Below the pieces are notes generated by a model. The model saw only the letters and a list, made by a program, of their open reading frames with translations, was not told where the DNA came from and made no database searches. The translations under genes were made by a program, and so were the position numbers. Of a DNA stretch of 63,012 nt, positions 37,123 through 48,224 are shown piece after piece. This DNA comes from Coleofasciculus sp. B1-GNL1-01 (GTDB lineage: Bacteria; Cyanobacteriota; Cyanobacteriia; Cyanobacteriales; Coleofasciculaceae): NCBI GenBank assembly GCA_040220235.1, contig JAVJTO010000143.1; one strand, written 5' to 3'. The first letter of the stretch is position 1, and each line of letters starts with the position of its first letter.

Positions 37123-38472
37123 CTATTCTCGCTCCTCCCATCCTCGCATCTTACCCGGATTCATCAACCCGTAAGGATCAACCAGTTCCTTAAACTGCAC
37201 CTGTTCCACATCAATTGTTTTACGTCCCCCATCTTCCAGAATATAAGTATGGGGATTGGCAATAAACGCCCCCTGTTCTTCGTGATAGCGAATAATTTCA
37301 TTTAACCGTTCCTCCGTGGTATAGCGAACCAGTTGCAATCCGGCTGGAATCGCTTGACCATTCACCCGCAAAAACTCTAAATGCATCATCACTTCATCAC
37401 CGAAATGATCATACAATTGCTTCACCCGTTCCAACGTAAAAAAGAAGGTTTGCAAATACGTCAGCGTCGGGTCGAGACTCCGAGCATGTAATGTCGTATG
37501 ATTCCAGGTAAACTCAGCTAAACTTGTGCCTTTACTCCCATCTTGGGCAGATTTTTGATAAGTAATTTCCCCGTCATACTCCCGCACTAATTCCTGAAAC
37601 GCTTCTAAACAAGACTCCGCTATCGTTAATAAAGCACAGTGTTTCCCATGGGGTAGGTATGACTTCAATCCACTAAAATAGGTTGGGATAGGATGAGCAT
37701 GAATACTAATCAACTTTTTCACCAACCCATCCGCATCACTTAAAGCCTGACCAAACTGAGCAGCCGTGATAAAGTTATCGAAAATAACAATAACCTCTAC
37801 CCAGGCATAAGCCGGGGCGAGAGGAACCTCTAACTCCGTAATAATCCCATTCGTGCCATAGGCGTGATTCACCTTCTGCACATCATCTCCCCGTAACTCA
37901 ATCACACGGGGGTCTTCCTCCAGTGTAACCACACGCACCGCCAAAAGATTGCCGCGATCGCGCAATTGCCCATAATTAATTGACCCAATTCCCCCACTTC
38001 CACCCCCAATAAAGCCACCAATCGTGGCGCTGCGGTACGTTGAAGGCACCATCCGCCATTCCCAGCCGATTTTCCGCGCCTGTTTATCAAACGCCGCTAA
38101 CTTCACCCCCGATTCCACACAAGCTAAACCCCGTTTAATCCAACGAATCCCATTCATCCGGGTGGTATCCAAAATTACTCCACCGTGCAGGGGAATACAT
38201 TGCCCATAATTTCCGGTTCCCGCACCTCGAATCGTCAGGGGAACTTTGTGCTTGACACAGATTCGCGCCACCTGTAAAACTTCTGCTTCAGTCTGAGGGC
38301 GTACCACCAGATTCCCTCGCTTATCCTCTAACAGGGGTTGCAGAACCGGACTGAAATGGTAATAGTCTAAAGATAACTTAGCCACCTGAGTCGGTTCAGT
38401 AATCGTTTCTATCCCCGCGAATTCCGAGGCTAAGGTATTCCAGTCAAAGGATTGGGCAGGAGTTGAGGTCAT
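37123..38472 (-). CDS. FAD-binding oxidoreductase (VAO/PCMH family)
   Basis: RGAGTGNYGQ, ATIGGF, GTNGIIT, DPYGLMNPGK. Confidence 0.92.
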   Translation of the reverse strand: MTSTPAQSFDWNTLASEFAGIETITEPTQVAKLSLDYYHFSPVLQPLLEDKRGNLVVRPQTEAEVLQVARICVKHKVPLTIRGAGTGNYGQCIPLHGGVILDTTRMNGIRWIKRGLACVESGVKLAAFDKQARKIGWEWRMVPSTYRSATIGGFIGGGSGGIGSINYGQLRDRGNLLAVRVVTLEEDPRVIELRGDDVQKVNHAYGTNGIITELEVPLAPAYAWVEVIVIFDNFITAAQFGQALSDADGLVKKLISIHAHPIPTYFSGLKSYLPHGKHCALLTIAESCLEAFQELVREYDGEITYQKSAQDGSKGTSLAEFTWNHTTLHARSLDPTLTYLQTFFFTLERVKQLYDHFGDEVMMHLEFLRVNGQAIPAGLQLVRYTTEERLNEIIRYHEEQGAFIANPHTYILEDGGRKTIDVEQVQFKELVDPYGLMNPGKMRGWEERE

Positions 38473-38718
38473 TGCTGGTTAAGGATGGGAACAATAACAA
38501 CGATTGATGAACTGCCGCGTTTGGCTTCACGTTAACTTTCTATCTTACTGCATATCCAAACTGGTAATAGTTCTAACTCTGTGGGGAAGCTCAACAGGGA
38601 GGAGTTGCGCGAATCTAGAACTAGAAGCGATTGATACGCTTTTTGACCAATTCATTTTCATAGCACTAACCCAAGTGCTAGAAACACCTTAATTAGCAAC
38701 GAAACAGGAGAACTCACT

Positions 38719-39129
38719 ATGAAAACCTTTAACAAACTGACTCTCGGCGTTCTAACATCCACCTTTTTTATGGGCGCTTTGATGGGCATTAGTTCAGAAG
38801 CCCGCGCTCAAACCTCACCGAATGCCTATTCCGAACCTGACAGTGATATTGTCATGGTTTACGACTCAGACTATATTAGAGCGCTGAATCGAGCCAAAAA
38901 CCTAGCTCGCATGGCAGCCGAAGAAGCCAACGGCGGTTTAGACGATTATCGGGCGGCATCCTACATGCATGGACCCGCCGTAGAAGTTCCATTTGTCGAT
39001 AATGGGCAAAGTTGGACATTCGCCTTTTATGGAACTGAACCCGCCTCAGACGTTCCTGCCTATAAAAGCATCGTCACCGTCAGTAAAGATGGCGAAATGG
39101 TAAGAATGGAATACAACGAAGCCATCTGA
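38719..39129 (+). CDS. Secreted hypothetical protein
   Basis: AGGAG RBS, signal peptide ending ARA, RAKNLAR.AAE.ANGGL motif. Confidence 0.8.
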   Translation: MKTFNKLTLGVLTSTFFMGALMGISSEARAQTSPNAYSEPDSDIVMVYDSDYIRALNRAKNLARMAAEEANGGLDDYRAASYMHGPAVEVPFVDNGQSWTFAFYGTEPASDVPAYKSIVTVSKDGEMVRMEYNEAI

Positions 39130-39555
39130 ACAACTTAAGTGAGGAGGGCGGGTTTTGTTGTTCCGTTATCGGTGAATAAGCTGTTCGGCATTTAAACCAT
39201 AATGTCAAGAATTGCGAAATCCTTGTAGTGCGTTAAGCGAAGCCATGCCGCAGGCTTTGCATCTTGCTCGCTACCCATTCCCAATTTAAATGCGTGACAG
39301 CTTAGCTGAATTTAGTCCCTAAACCCGCCCCTACAATTGTTCCTAAACCCGCCCCTACAATTGTCCCTAAACCCGCCCCTACAAATGCGTAACTTTTGTT
39401 ACATTATGTCCTTCTGCCTTCTTACACTAGTGCAAGAAGGCAGAAATAACTGAACAGCTAATATCTCCCCCAGCTTCCCCAGCTTCCCCAGCTTCCCCAG
39501 CTCCCCCAGCTCCTCCACACCTACAAAGCTGCTCACATATTTCCACCGCGCTGCA

Positions 39556-40440
39556 CTAAGACTTCCGATAAGCGCGAATCATCGCCTGAGTACCCTGTTC
39601 CCCTCCTTTACCACTATCAAACTCTTGAACCATCTTAAATAAACGGTCAGCAAGTTCCACTCCTGGCAATTCCTGAGGTGATGAATTTAAGGTCTCCTGC
39701 ACCAGTCTTAAATCCTTAAGGATATGCTTAATCATAAAACCTGGTTGGAAATCCGACGCCGCAATTTTCGGTCCCAAATTCGACAGCGCCCAAGAACCAG
39801 CCGCCCCCGTACTGCAAACCTCTACAATTAAGTTCGGGTCAATATCCTGCTGCTGTGCCAACTGCATCGCCTCACACAACGCCACCGCATGAACCGCCCC
39901 CAAAACCTGGTTACACAGTTTGACCGCTTGACCACTCCCCATCGGTCCACACAGGCGAATAGTTTTGCCTAAAACCTCTAACAACGGTTTGCTGTCCTCA
40001 AAATCTTTAGCCTCTCCGCCAACCATAATTGTCAGCGTGCCATTTTTTGCCCCAATATCACCCCCAGAAATGGGTGCATCCAAAAAGCGCAAGTTATGCT
40101 GTTGCAATTGCGTCCCTATCTCACGCGCCGCCTCTGGACCAATCGTACTGGTATCAATCACCAGCGTACCTGGACGCGCTGATTCGGCAACCCCTCCCGT
40201 TCCCAGCAGAACCTCTTTGACATCAGGAACATCACTGACACAGGAAAAGACAATATCAGCCGATGCGACAGCCTCACGAATCGAAGGCACCACCGTTACC
40301 CCCGCCTGAGCCGCCATCTCTACACCTGGACGATTAGGGGTTCGATTCCACGCCTTAACCGCGTAACCCTCTCGTGCCAAATTTGCCGCCATAGGTCCGC
40401 CCATGACGCCGAGTCCGATAAAGGCAATCTGTTGATTCAT
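39556..40440 (-). CDS. NAD(P)-dependent 3-hydroxyisobutyrate/2-hydroxy-3-oxopropionate dehydrogenase family protein
   Basis: IAFIGLGVMG, DAPISGG, GSGQAVKLCNQ, KDL. Confidence 0.93.
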   Translation of the reverse strand: MNQQIAFIGLGVMGGPMAANLAREGYAVKAWNRTPNRPGVEMAAQAGVTVVPSIREAVASADIVFSCVSDVPDVKEVLLGTGGVAESARPGTLVIDTSTIGPEAAREIGTQLQQHNLRFLDAPISGGDIGAKNGTLTIMVGGEAKDFEDSKPLLEVLGKTIRLCGPMGSGQAVKLCNQVLGAVHAVALCEAMQLAQQQDIDPNLIVEVCSTGAAGSWALSNLGPKIAASDFQPGFMIKHILKDLRLVQETLNSSPQELPGVELADRLFKMVQEFDSGKGGEQGTQAMIRAYRKS

Positions 40441-40654
40441 ATCTCTTGACTCCATTGTCTGTGTTTCTGATAAGTTGCTAGAGGTGTCATGCCTTTGTCA
40501 TACTAGAATCTCTTGGTAGAAAATCGGGGAGTCTCAGTCTCACGCCAATCATCGAGTTGGTTTGCCAGAAAAGCGACAGTAAATAAGCAGTACCGGATAA
40601 ACCGACGGAATAGAAAATACCTTATAAAAATAACCAGAATACTTTAGAAATACT

Positions 40655-42151
40655 ATGGTAAATCCCAGCGAGATTCAAGAGTCCACTCGTCCCCAGCAGC
40701 AACTCGCGCATCAGCAGGTTGGGAAAATGGCGTTCGCCCTATCCATTGGCATTGGGCTGATTTATCTGGCATTTCTCAAACCGGGGATTTGGGGCTTTGA
40801 TGGCAATGACATGCTGGATGTTTCCCAGTCATTAGTTACCGAATTTGATTTTAGCGTGCCGCCCGGTTCCGGAGCCTTGGGTCGCGATGGGCAATATTAC
40901 TCAATTCGATATCCCTTATTACCGATTATTGCCACACCCTTTGTTGCCGTGGGACTGGTGTTGGGTCACTGGTTCAATATACCGACGAACTATTCATCGG
41001 CGGTTTGTGCCTTAGTGGTATCTGTCTTATTAACGGCTTTAACCACATCGCTGGTGGCTTTGTTGGCATTGCGCTTGGGAAGCAGTCGCACAGGGGCGTA
41101 TTTAGCCGCCTTATGTTTTGCCTTGGGTACGACAGCCTTGGTCTATTCGCGAGAGTTCTTTGCGGAACCCCTCCTCTCTTTTATAACCGCGTCCAGCCTC
41201 TATCTCGCCCTGGGAAAAACCAGTCGTGAACATGCGGGTGCGAGTATTCTTTCCGGCTTAGCCTTGACCGCGAAACCTGCGGGTATTGTGATTGGACCGG
41301 TGTTGTCCGCCTATCTCCTGCTCAAGCGGTATCCTCTGCGGAATGCTCTAGGTCCCCTACTGGGTACAATTATGGGGTTCATGCTGTTTATGGCGTATAA
41401 CTACCTGCGGTTTGGTGGTTTACTATCCAGTGGACAAAATGCCTCGAAATTTACCCTGGATGGAATGCTAGAACGATTCATCGGTTTGATCTTGAGTCCA
41501 GGGGCAGGGGGGGGGTTAATCTGGTACTGTCCGCCAACGATTCTGGCAATTATTGGGTTCCGCAACGCGCTCAAATCTAAACCCCTAGAAGCCTTAGCCA
41601 TTGGGGGTATATTCGGTGGGTATTGGCTACTCCATTCCTTGTGGGAATTTGGCGGCTGGAGTTGGGGACCTCGATTTTTAGTTCCCGCACTTCCAGGATT
41701 GATGGCGCTAGTCGCACTGATTGGGAAAAGGTGGTGGAAGTGGTTAATTGGTTTGACGGTACTGGGGTTCCTTGCCAATGCCCCTACTTTGGTATCGTAT
41801 TTTCAACGCTACTATGCTGAAGCCCTTGATGGAGGATATATTAACCGAGCCAGAGCCTTATGGGATTCACCCAGCTATGCTCCTCTATTTAATGCTTGGG
41901 GTGCCGCCTATCGCCAGGTTAGCAGTGCCTTAAGTACAAACGTTCGAGATGTCCTAGGGCAAGTTGGAGAACCACCGCCCGGTGACCAAATGACCAGCGC
42001 TCAATTGTTACATATTGTGGCGGTATGGTGGTGGGTATTGCCTGCTGTTGGTATCCCGATTTGGGTGGGTGGACTTTTCGCCGTCCTGTTGATTGGAGCA
42101 GGCGTTTGGGTACTGCGTTGGGGCTGGCTACACGCTAGAGCCAAAGCCTAA
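40655..42151 (+). CDS. Polytopic membrane protein, probable GT-C (lipid-carrier-dependent) glycosyltransferase
   Basis: ~12 TMs; acidic first loop (FDGND), YSREFFAEP, WSWGPRFLVP. Confidence 0.7.
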   Translation: MVNPSEIQESTRPQQQLAHQQVGKMAFALSIGIGLIYLAFLKPGIWGFDGNDMLDVSQSLVTEFDFSVPPGSGALGRDGQYYSIRYPLLPIIATPFVAVGLVLGHWFNIPTNYSSAVCALVVSVLLTALTTSLVALLALRLGSSRTGAYLAALCFALGTTALVYSREFFAEPLLSFITASSLYLALGKTSREHAGASILSGLALTAKPAGIVIGPVLSAYLLLKRYPLRNALGPLLGTIMGFMLFMAYNYLRFGGLLSSGQNASKFTLDGMLERFIGLILSPGAGGGLIWYCPPTILAIIGFRNALKSKPLEALAIGGIFGGYWLLHSLWEFGGWSWGPRFLVPALPGLMALVALIGKRWWKWLIGLTVLGFLANAPTLVSYFQRYYAEALDGGYINRARALWDSPSYAPLFNAWGAAYRQVSSALSTNVRDVLGQVGEPPPGDQMTSAQLLHIVAVWWWVLPAVGIPIWVGGLFAVLLIGAGVWVLRWGWLHARAKA

Positions 42152-42350
42152 ACGGAATAGGTGAAACAAGGCAGAAGGCAGAGGTCAGAGGGCAGAATGT
42201 TTCCAGGAAAATACCAAATATACTTCGCACGGTCAAATTTGTCATTCTGAGTCCTGAGCGAAGGGAAGGAACTTTCTTAACTAGGTACTTAGTTGTCAGA
42301 AAGAAGCGGTATTTTAATCTTATGATTCAACTGTTTTGGCGATACGTGCA

Positions 42351-43307
42351 ATGAAATTAATCATCCAAATCCCTTGTTACAACGAAGAAGCAACCCTGGG
42401 ACTAACGCTGTCCGAACTTCCCCGTCAAGTGCCTGGAGTCGATACGGTAGAGTGGCTGATTATCAATGATGGCAGTCTCGACCGGACAGTTGAAGTTGCC
42501 AAAGCCTGTGGCGTTGACCACATTGTTAGCTTTGATCACAATCAGGGTTTAGCCAAGGGGTTTATGGCAGGGATAGAAGCCTGTTTAAAGGCGGGAGCCG
42601 ATATTATCGTAAATACGGATGCCGATAATCAATACTGTGCCGCAGACATCCCCAAACTAATTGAACCTATTTTACAAGGTCAGGCAGAAATTGTCATAGG
42701 TGCTAGACCCATCCAGCAAATTAAGCACTTTTCTCCCGCCAAAAAGTTTTTGCAAAAATTAGGAAGCTGGGTAGTCCGAATTGCGAGTAAAACCAATATC
42801 CCTGACGCTCCTAGTGGCTTCCGCGCCATCAGTCGGAATGCGGCGCTGCAACTGAATGTCTTTAGCCAATATACGTATACCCTAGAAATGATTATTCAGG
42901 CGGGACAGAAAAATATAGCCATTGCTTCGGTGCCAATTAGAACCAATGATTTCCTGCGCCCGTCCCGTTTAGTCAAGAGCATTCGCGCTTATATCCAGCG
43001 CTCCATTCTTACGATTATCCGCATTTTCATGACCTATCAACCTCTCCAGTTCTTCATTGTTCTGGGGACGGTTCCTTTCGGTTTAGGGTTGATTTTGTGC
43101 GTGCGTTGGTTGGTGGTATTTGATCCGGATAGAAGTCGTGCGCCTAGCTTAATTGTAGCCGCCATTTTAATTCTGATTGGCTTTCAACTGTGGATGTTTG
43201 GATTAATTGCGGACTTGATGGCGGTGAACCGTAAGCTGTTAGAGGATATTCAACTGCGGCGGCGATGTGCTGATATTGAAGAATACAGGAAAAATAATAA
43301 ATTATGA
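42351..43307 (+). CDS. GT2 glycosyltransferase, polyprenol-phosphate glycosyltransferase type
   Basis: IPCYNEE, INDGSLDRT, NTDADNQY, DAPSGFR, two C-terminal TMs. Confidence 0.93.
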   Translation: MKLIIQIPCYNEEATLGLTLSELPRQVPGVDTVEWLIINDGSLDRTVEVAKACGVDHIVSFDHNQGLAKGFMAGIEACLKAGADIIVNTDADNQYCAADIPKLIEPILQGQAEIVIGARPIQQIKHFSPAKKFLQKLGSWVVRIASKTNIPDAPSGFRAISRNAALQLNVFSQYTYTLEMIIQAGQKNIAIASVPIRTNDFLRPSRLVKSIRAYIQRSILTIIRIFMTYQPLQFFIVLGTVPFGLGLILCVRWLVVFDPDRSRAPSLIVAAILILIGFQLWMFGLIADLMAVNRKLLEDIQLRRRCADIEEYRKNNKL

Positions 43308-43583
43308 ATCATCAACAAAGGCAGAGAAAAAGGCTCTTACTCAGATATTACAGCATTGAGCATAAATCCCAAGTTACCGTGAGGTGGGCAAGAGAAATCA
43401 ACGAGAATAAAAGCGTTTCCAAGTTGCTCAGTCTTGCCCACCCGACATAAAATCGCCGTATTGAGGCAGTTGCAAGATATAAGTTTGAGGAAACCGAGCA
43501 GATGACGCAAGACGTAGCTTAATTATTGAAAAGCGAGTATAACAAACAAATGACAAATGACAAATGACAAATGACAAATGACA

Positions 43584-45176
43584 ATGAATAAAGACCTATT
43601 TGCCCGCGAAGCCCTTGCCCAAATCCCCAAACTTCTCACCCTGCTAGACCGCAACCCGCACAGTCCAACTTATGGCTGTTTTGACCGCAACTTCTGGCAG
43701 TATAAAATTATTGATTTTCCCAGTGGGATGGCTCAGGAGTTTGTTCTCCCCCTGGCATTGGCGTATAATACTCAATTATCCGATAATCCTTTCTACCAAC
43801 AACCAGCGATTCAAGATTGGGTGGAAGCCGGAATTCTTTATGCGGCTAAAAGCGCTCATCCGGATGGGTCTTGTGATGACTATTTCCCGTTTGAACGGGC
43901 TGGAGGCGCAGCGGCATTTTCCCTACTTGCCTGTATTGATAGTTATCAAGAATTAGGGTTAAATAATCCAGTTGCGTTAAAGTTTTTTGAACAACGAGCC
44001 GATTGGCTAGCCCATCATCAAGAAAGTGGACGCCTGACCAATCACCAAGCGTTAATTGTTTTGTGTCTAGATTTACTGTCTAATCTATTACAAGCAACCC
44101 AATGGGATAGAGCTAGAGTGCAACGTTTAGAACAAGTATTATCTTGGCAAAATCCCGAAGGTTGGTTTATTGAGTACGAAGGTTGTGACCCCGGTTACCA
44201 TACGTTAACGATTTCTTGTTTAGCGCGGATTTATCAACTTAGACCTGATCCTCGGCTTAAAGAAGCATTAGTCAAAGCGGTTGATTTAGCCGCAGAGTTT
44301 GTCCATCCTGATGGCTCTTATGGGGGAGAATATACGAGTCGCAATACATACAATTTCTTTCCCCATGGCTTTGAACTGGTTGGACAGTGGTATCCCCAAG
44401 CCCTAGAAATTAACGATCGCGTCCTGGTAGGACTGGCAAATGGACTGGCTCCTTGCTATGCTGACGATCACATTATTGGTCACCATACCTGGAACTATTT
44501 ACTCACATGGCGCGATTTTGTGTCAACTCGACCTGAACCCACTTCCCGTTCTCCCGGTCGAGTTTGGTTTAAGGACGCACAAGTTTTAATTGACCGTCGC
44601 CAAAATACGGAACTGTATTTAGCCTTAAACAAAGGGGGAGTTTTTAAACTGTTTCAGGACAAGCGTTTAGTCGCCTCTGACACTCAATTTTCATTGCAAG
44701 TCCTAACGGGTAAAAAGATAAAAAATGCTGTCGGTCATTTAGTTGATACCTATCAAGTCAAAGTTGAAGACAATGAAATTATGATTGAAGGAGAGTTGGG
44801 GTGGGCAAAACAGAAACAAATGACCCCCACAAATTTACTAATTTTGCGAGTCGTTATGCTCACAGTGGGTCGCTTTTTTCCCAACTTAATCCGCAAACTC
44901 TTACAAAAAATGCTAATTACAGGCAAGCAAAACGCTCCGTTCCACTTCCGTCGCTTGATCGAGTGGAAAAATGGACAGTGGCATATCACCGATGAGTTGC
45001 AAGCTCAGTCCTGGAAAGACGTGATTGCTGCCGGAATTTGTGGCGATCAAACTTCGATTTATGTGGTTATGAGTCGCACGTTTCAACGGGGACAATTACA
45101 GCCCTGGTTAGATTTAACCAATCAGGTTAAGAAACTAGATGCTTATGAATGGCTGCGATTAGAGCGAAAATTTTAA
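43584..45176 (+). CDS. Hypothetical protein, probable (alpha/alpha)-toroid plus beta-sandwich (lyase/epimerase-like)
   Basis: Repeated helix-loop motifs (HPDGS, QNPEGWFIEYEGCDPGY, HPDGSYGG), TNHQ. Confidence 0.6.
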   Translation: MNKDLFAREALAQIPKLLTLLDRNPHSPTYGCFDRNFWQYKIIDFPSGMAQEFVLPLALAYNTQLSDNPFYQQPAIQDWVEAGILYAAKSAHPDGSCDDYFPFERAGGAAAFSLLACIDSYQELGLNNPVALKFFEQRADWLAHHQESGRLTNHQALIVLCLDLLSNLLQATQWDRARVQRLEQVLSWQNPEGWFIEYEGCDPGYHTLTISCLARIYQLRPDPRLKEALVKAVDLAAEFVHPDGSYGGEYTSRNTYNFFPHGFELVGQWYPQALEINDRVLVGLANGLAPCYADDHIIGHHTWNYLLTWRDFVSTRPEPTSRSPGRVWFKDAQVLIDRRQNTELYLALNKGGVFKLFQDKRLVASDTQFSLQVLTGKKIKNAVGHLVDTYQVKVEDNEIMIEGELGWAKQKQMTPTNLLILRVVMLTVGRFFPNLIRKLLQKMLITGKQNAPFHFRRLIEWKNGQWHITDELQAQSWKDVIAAGICGDQTSIYVVMSRTFQRGQLQPWLDLTNQVKKLDAYEWLRLERKF

Positions 45177-45226
45177 AGGAATAAATCATCAACAATGAAC
45201 CATGAACCATCAACAATGAACAATAA

Positions 45227-46186
45227 ATGATGAAACGACTAATTTCAATCGCTGTCAGCCTAATTATCCTGGCAGTGATTTACTCAAAAATTGATTTTCC
45301 CGAACTCATTGCCGTTTTTCAAAATAGCGATCGCGTCTGGATGCCTGTAAGCTTGGGAATGGTTGTTCCCCTAACCTTATTCACCTCTTGGCGGTTGCAA
45401 CAACTGATGCCCAGTGGCGCTCGCTTGGGCTTTTTTGAGGCTAATCGGTTAATCTTAGCGGCAAGTGTTTTAAATATGGTACTGCCGTCCAAGATGGGGG
45501 ATATTGCCAAAGCCTATTTCATGAAACAGCGCGGTCATTTGAGTGGGACGCTTTCACTATCGCTGGTGATTTTTGAAAAAGCTTGTGATCTGTTATCCCT
45601 GCTGTTGTGGTGTGTTTTTGGTTTATTACTCTATGAACCAAAAGATTGGCTATTTTGGCTGATGACGACGGCGGTGGGCGTGGGGTTGATCTTGGGAATT
45701 TGTCTCTTGGCGTCTCGCAAATTTGCTTATTTTTTCTTTATCGTGGCTCGCAAGATTGCTCCAAAAAAAATGCGTTCCAAATTAGAAACAATGCAAGGGT
45801 CTTGGGGCGACATGCATGACTATTTTTGGCGAGATCAACGTCAGCTTCTCAAAATTACTGGAACGTCGATTTTTATTTGGTTTTTACACTTATTACAAAT
45901 TTGGTTCTTTATCCTAGCGCTGAAAGCGACGACTCCATTTCTAGTCAATCTCGCCTTGTCTCCCCTCGCCATTTTAGCCGGATTATTACCTCTAACCTTT
46001 GCCGGAGTTGGCACACGCGATGCCGCATTAGTATTGTTTTATCAGGACTATCTAGATCCCGCAACTGCCGCCGCCTTGGGATTGCTGTGTACCTCGCGAT
46101 ACTTTTTACCTGCTATTGGCGGATTACCGTTCCTGAGTCAATTTTTAGCAACAGTCCGTACAATCAAGGGCAGTCAAGACACGTAG
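45227..46186 (+). CDS. Lysylphosphatidylglycerol-synthase TM/UPF0104 flippase-like protein
   Basis: NMVLPSKMGD..K, EK..D, LPLTFAGVGTRD. Confidence 0.88.
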   Translation: MMKRLISIAVSLIILAVIYSKIDFPELIAVFQNSDRVWMPVSLGMVVPLTLFTSWRLQQLMPSGARLGFFEANRLILAASVLNMVLPSKMGDIAKAYFMKQRGHLSGTLSLSLVIFEKACDLLSLLLWCVFGLLLYEPKDWLFWLMTTAVGVGLILGICLLASRKFAYFFFIVARKIAPKKMRSKLETMQGSWGDMHDYFWRDQRQLLKITGTSIFIWFLHLLQIWFFILALKATTPFLVNLALSPLAILAGLLPLTFAGVGTRDAALVLFYQDYLDPATAAALGLLCTSRYFLPAIGGLPFLSQFLATVRTIKGSQDT

Positions 46187-46298
46187 CGCTTAACGTGATT
46201 CATATCACTCAATTTAGTGATTGAAATCACAAGTATTGCGGACTACATATCACTGATAGCGTGATCCGAATCCTAGAAGCTAGTAGTAATGCCCAGAT

Positions 46299-47762
46299 AT
46301 GCTTAGCAACACCCCCATGTTACTTCCCAGCAGCGACCGTTTACTCAACAGTCCACCTGATTGGTTGGAGTCAGACAAACCCTTATGTCCTAATTTGGTT
46401 AAGCAAACTCGGCAGTTAGAAGTGTTGAATGAGGAATTAGCGGATCAAATTGCAGAACGTCAAGATATGGAGTTAGCCCTGAGGAAATATCGCAGCATGT
46501 TTGAGGGTGCCGTTGAGGGCATCTTTCAAACCACTCCAGACGGGCATTTTATTGACTGCAATCCAGCGCTAGCAAAGATTTATGGTTATGCATCCCCAGC
46601 TGAACTATTGGAAACGCTAACCAACATTGGACAACAAGTCTATGTCAATCAGAATCGACGCCGGGACTTTATTGAGAAACTGCGATCGCACGATTCAGTT
46701 ACAGACTTTGAATCCCAGGTGTATCGAAAAGATGGGCAGATTATCTGGATTTGTGAGAATGCTAGGGCGGTACGCGATCGCGATGGGAATTTACTCTACT
46801 ATGAAGGATTCGTCACAGATATCACCCAGCGCAAAGTTACCGAAGAATCCTTGCAGCGATCGGAAGCAAAATACAAAGCCCAAGCCGAGCAACTGGAGGA
46901 AACATTAAATCAACTGCGCCAGACGCAACAACAGTTGATCGAAAAAGAACATCTTTCCACCTTAGGCAAATTGCTGGCTGGAGTTGCCCACGAAATTAAT
47001 AATCCGGTTAATTTCTTATGTAACAATTTTCCTCATGCTCAACAGTATACCACAGACTTATTAAAGTTACTCCAACTCTACAGCCAATATAATCCCCAAC
47101 CTGCACCAGAAATTCAACAGGAAGTCGAAGAAATTGATTTAGAGTTTGTAGTTGAAGACTTTCCCAAAACCCTGTCATCTATGCAAATGGGGGCTGAACG
47201 TCTGCGCCAACTTGTTTATTCCCTCAAAACTCTATCTGGAGCAGACGAAGAGCAATCGATAGATATTCACCAAGGGCTAGATAGCACTCTAGTCATGCTC
47301 TACTATCGTTTAAAATCCAAAGGAAACAAGCAAGAAATTAAAGTGTTCAAGGATTATAGCAAACTGCCTTTAGTCACTTGTTATCCTTGTGGGTTAAATC
47401 AGGTATTTATGAATGTGCTGTGCAATGCCATTGATGCCCTAAAAGATATGCGTCCTCAACCCGCTAATGGGGACAGTGAGCAAACTATAACGCCATCCAT
47501 CTGGATTCGCACAGAATTAATTAATAATGGGAAATCTGGGGCGTGTGCGGTTATTCGCATTATCGATAACGGACCGGGAATAGATGACGAACTGAAACAG
47601 CGAATATTTGAGCCTTTTTTTACTACTAAACCTCCGGGGAAAGGTACGGGTTTAGGATTGTCAATTAGCCATCAAATCATTGTTGAAAAACATGGTGGAA
47701 CGTTTACCTGTAATTCCAGACCGGGTCAAGGAACCGAGTTTGTGATTGAAATTCCGATTTAA
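46299..47762 (+). CDS. PAS-domain histidine kinase
   Basis: PAS/PAC (EGIFQTTPDG, YRKDG), AHEINNP, N box, DNGPGI, PFFTTK, GTGLGL. Confidence 0.95.
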   Translation: MLSNTPMLLPSSDRLLNSPPDWLESDKPLCPNLVKQTRQLEVLNEELADQIAERQDMELALRKYRSMFEGAVEGIFQTTPDGHFIDCNPALAKIYGYASPAELLETLTNIGQQVYVNQNRRRDFIEKLRSHDSVTDFESQVYRKDGQIIWICENARAVRDRDGNLLYYEGFVTDITQRKVTEESLQRSEAKYKAQAEQLEETLNQLRQTQQQLIEKEHLSTLGKLLAGVAHEINNPVNFLCNNFPHAQQYTTDLLKLLQLYSQYNPQPAPEIQQEVEEIDLEFVVEDFPKTLSSMQMGAERLRQLVYSLKTLSGADEEQSIDIHQGLDSTLVMLYYRLKSKGNKQEIKVFKDYSKLPLVTCYPCGLNQVFMNVLCNAIDALKDMRPQPANGDSEQTITPSIWIRTELINNGKSGACAVIRIIDNGPGIDDELKQRIFEPFFTTKPPGKGTGLGLSISHQIIVEKHGGTFTCNSRPGQGTEFVIEIPI

Positions 47763-48224
47763 GTTTAGGGTTCATAGTTCATAGGTCATAGTTAATTGGG
47801 TAGCAAGGTTTTCACGCAGGTCTAGATTTCACCTTAGATAAAGGGGCGCGTCCTCGGGTTGTTGTGTTGAAGTGCAAGGCTCTAGGCTTAGGGATTATTT
47901 ACTATAATTCTAGTTGTGTAGAGACGTTATGCCATATCTTTATAGTAACTGTAGGGTGGGCAAGATAAATCAATTTATTTTTGCAGCTTTTCAAGCTGGG
48001 AAATTATTGCGGGTGCATGTCAACGCAAGTAGGTTGGGTTGAGGAACGAAACCCAACTCCCTTAGTTAACTTGAATATTTTGTGCTATCCCTGACATGCT
48101 CCCAATTTTTGCCCACCTTACCTAAAACGGTAAGCTGTTCGGCATTTAAACCTTAATATCAATAACGGCGAAAGCCTTGTAGTGCGAGCATCTTGCTCGC
48201 TACTAATACCCAACTTAAATAACT

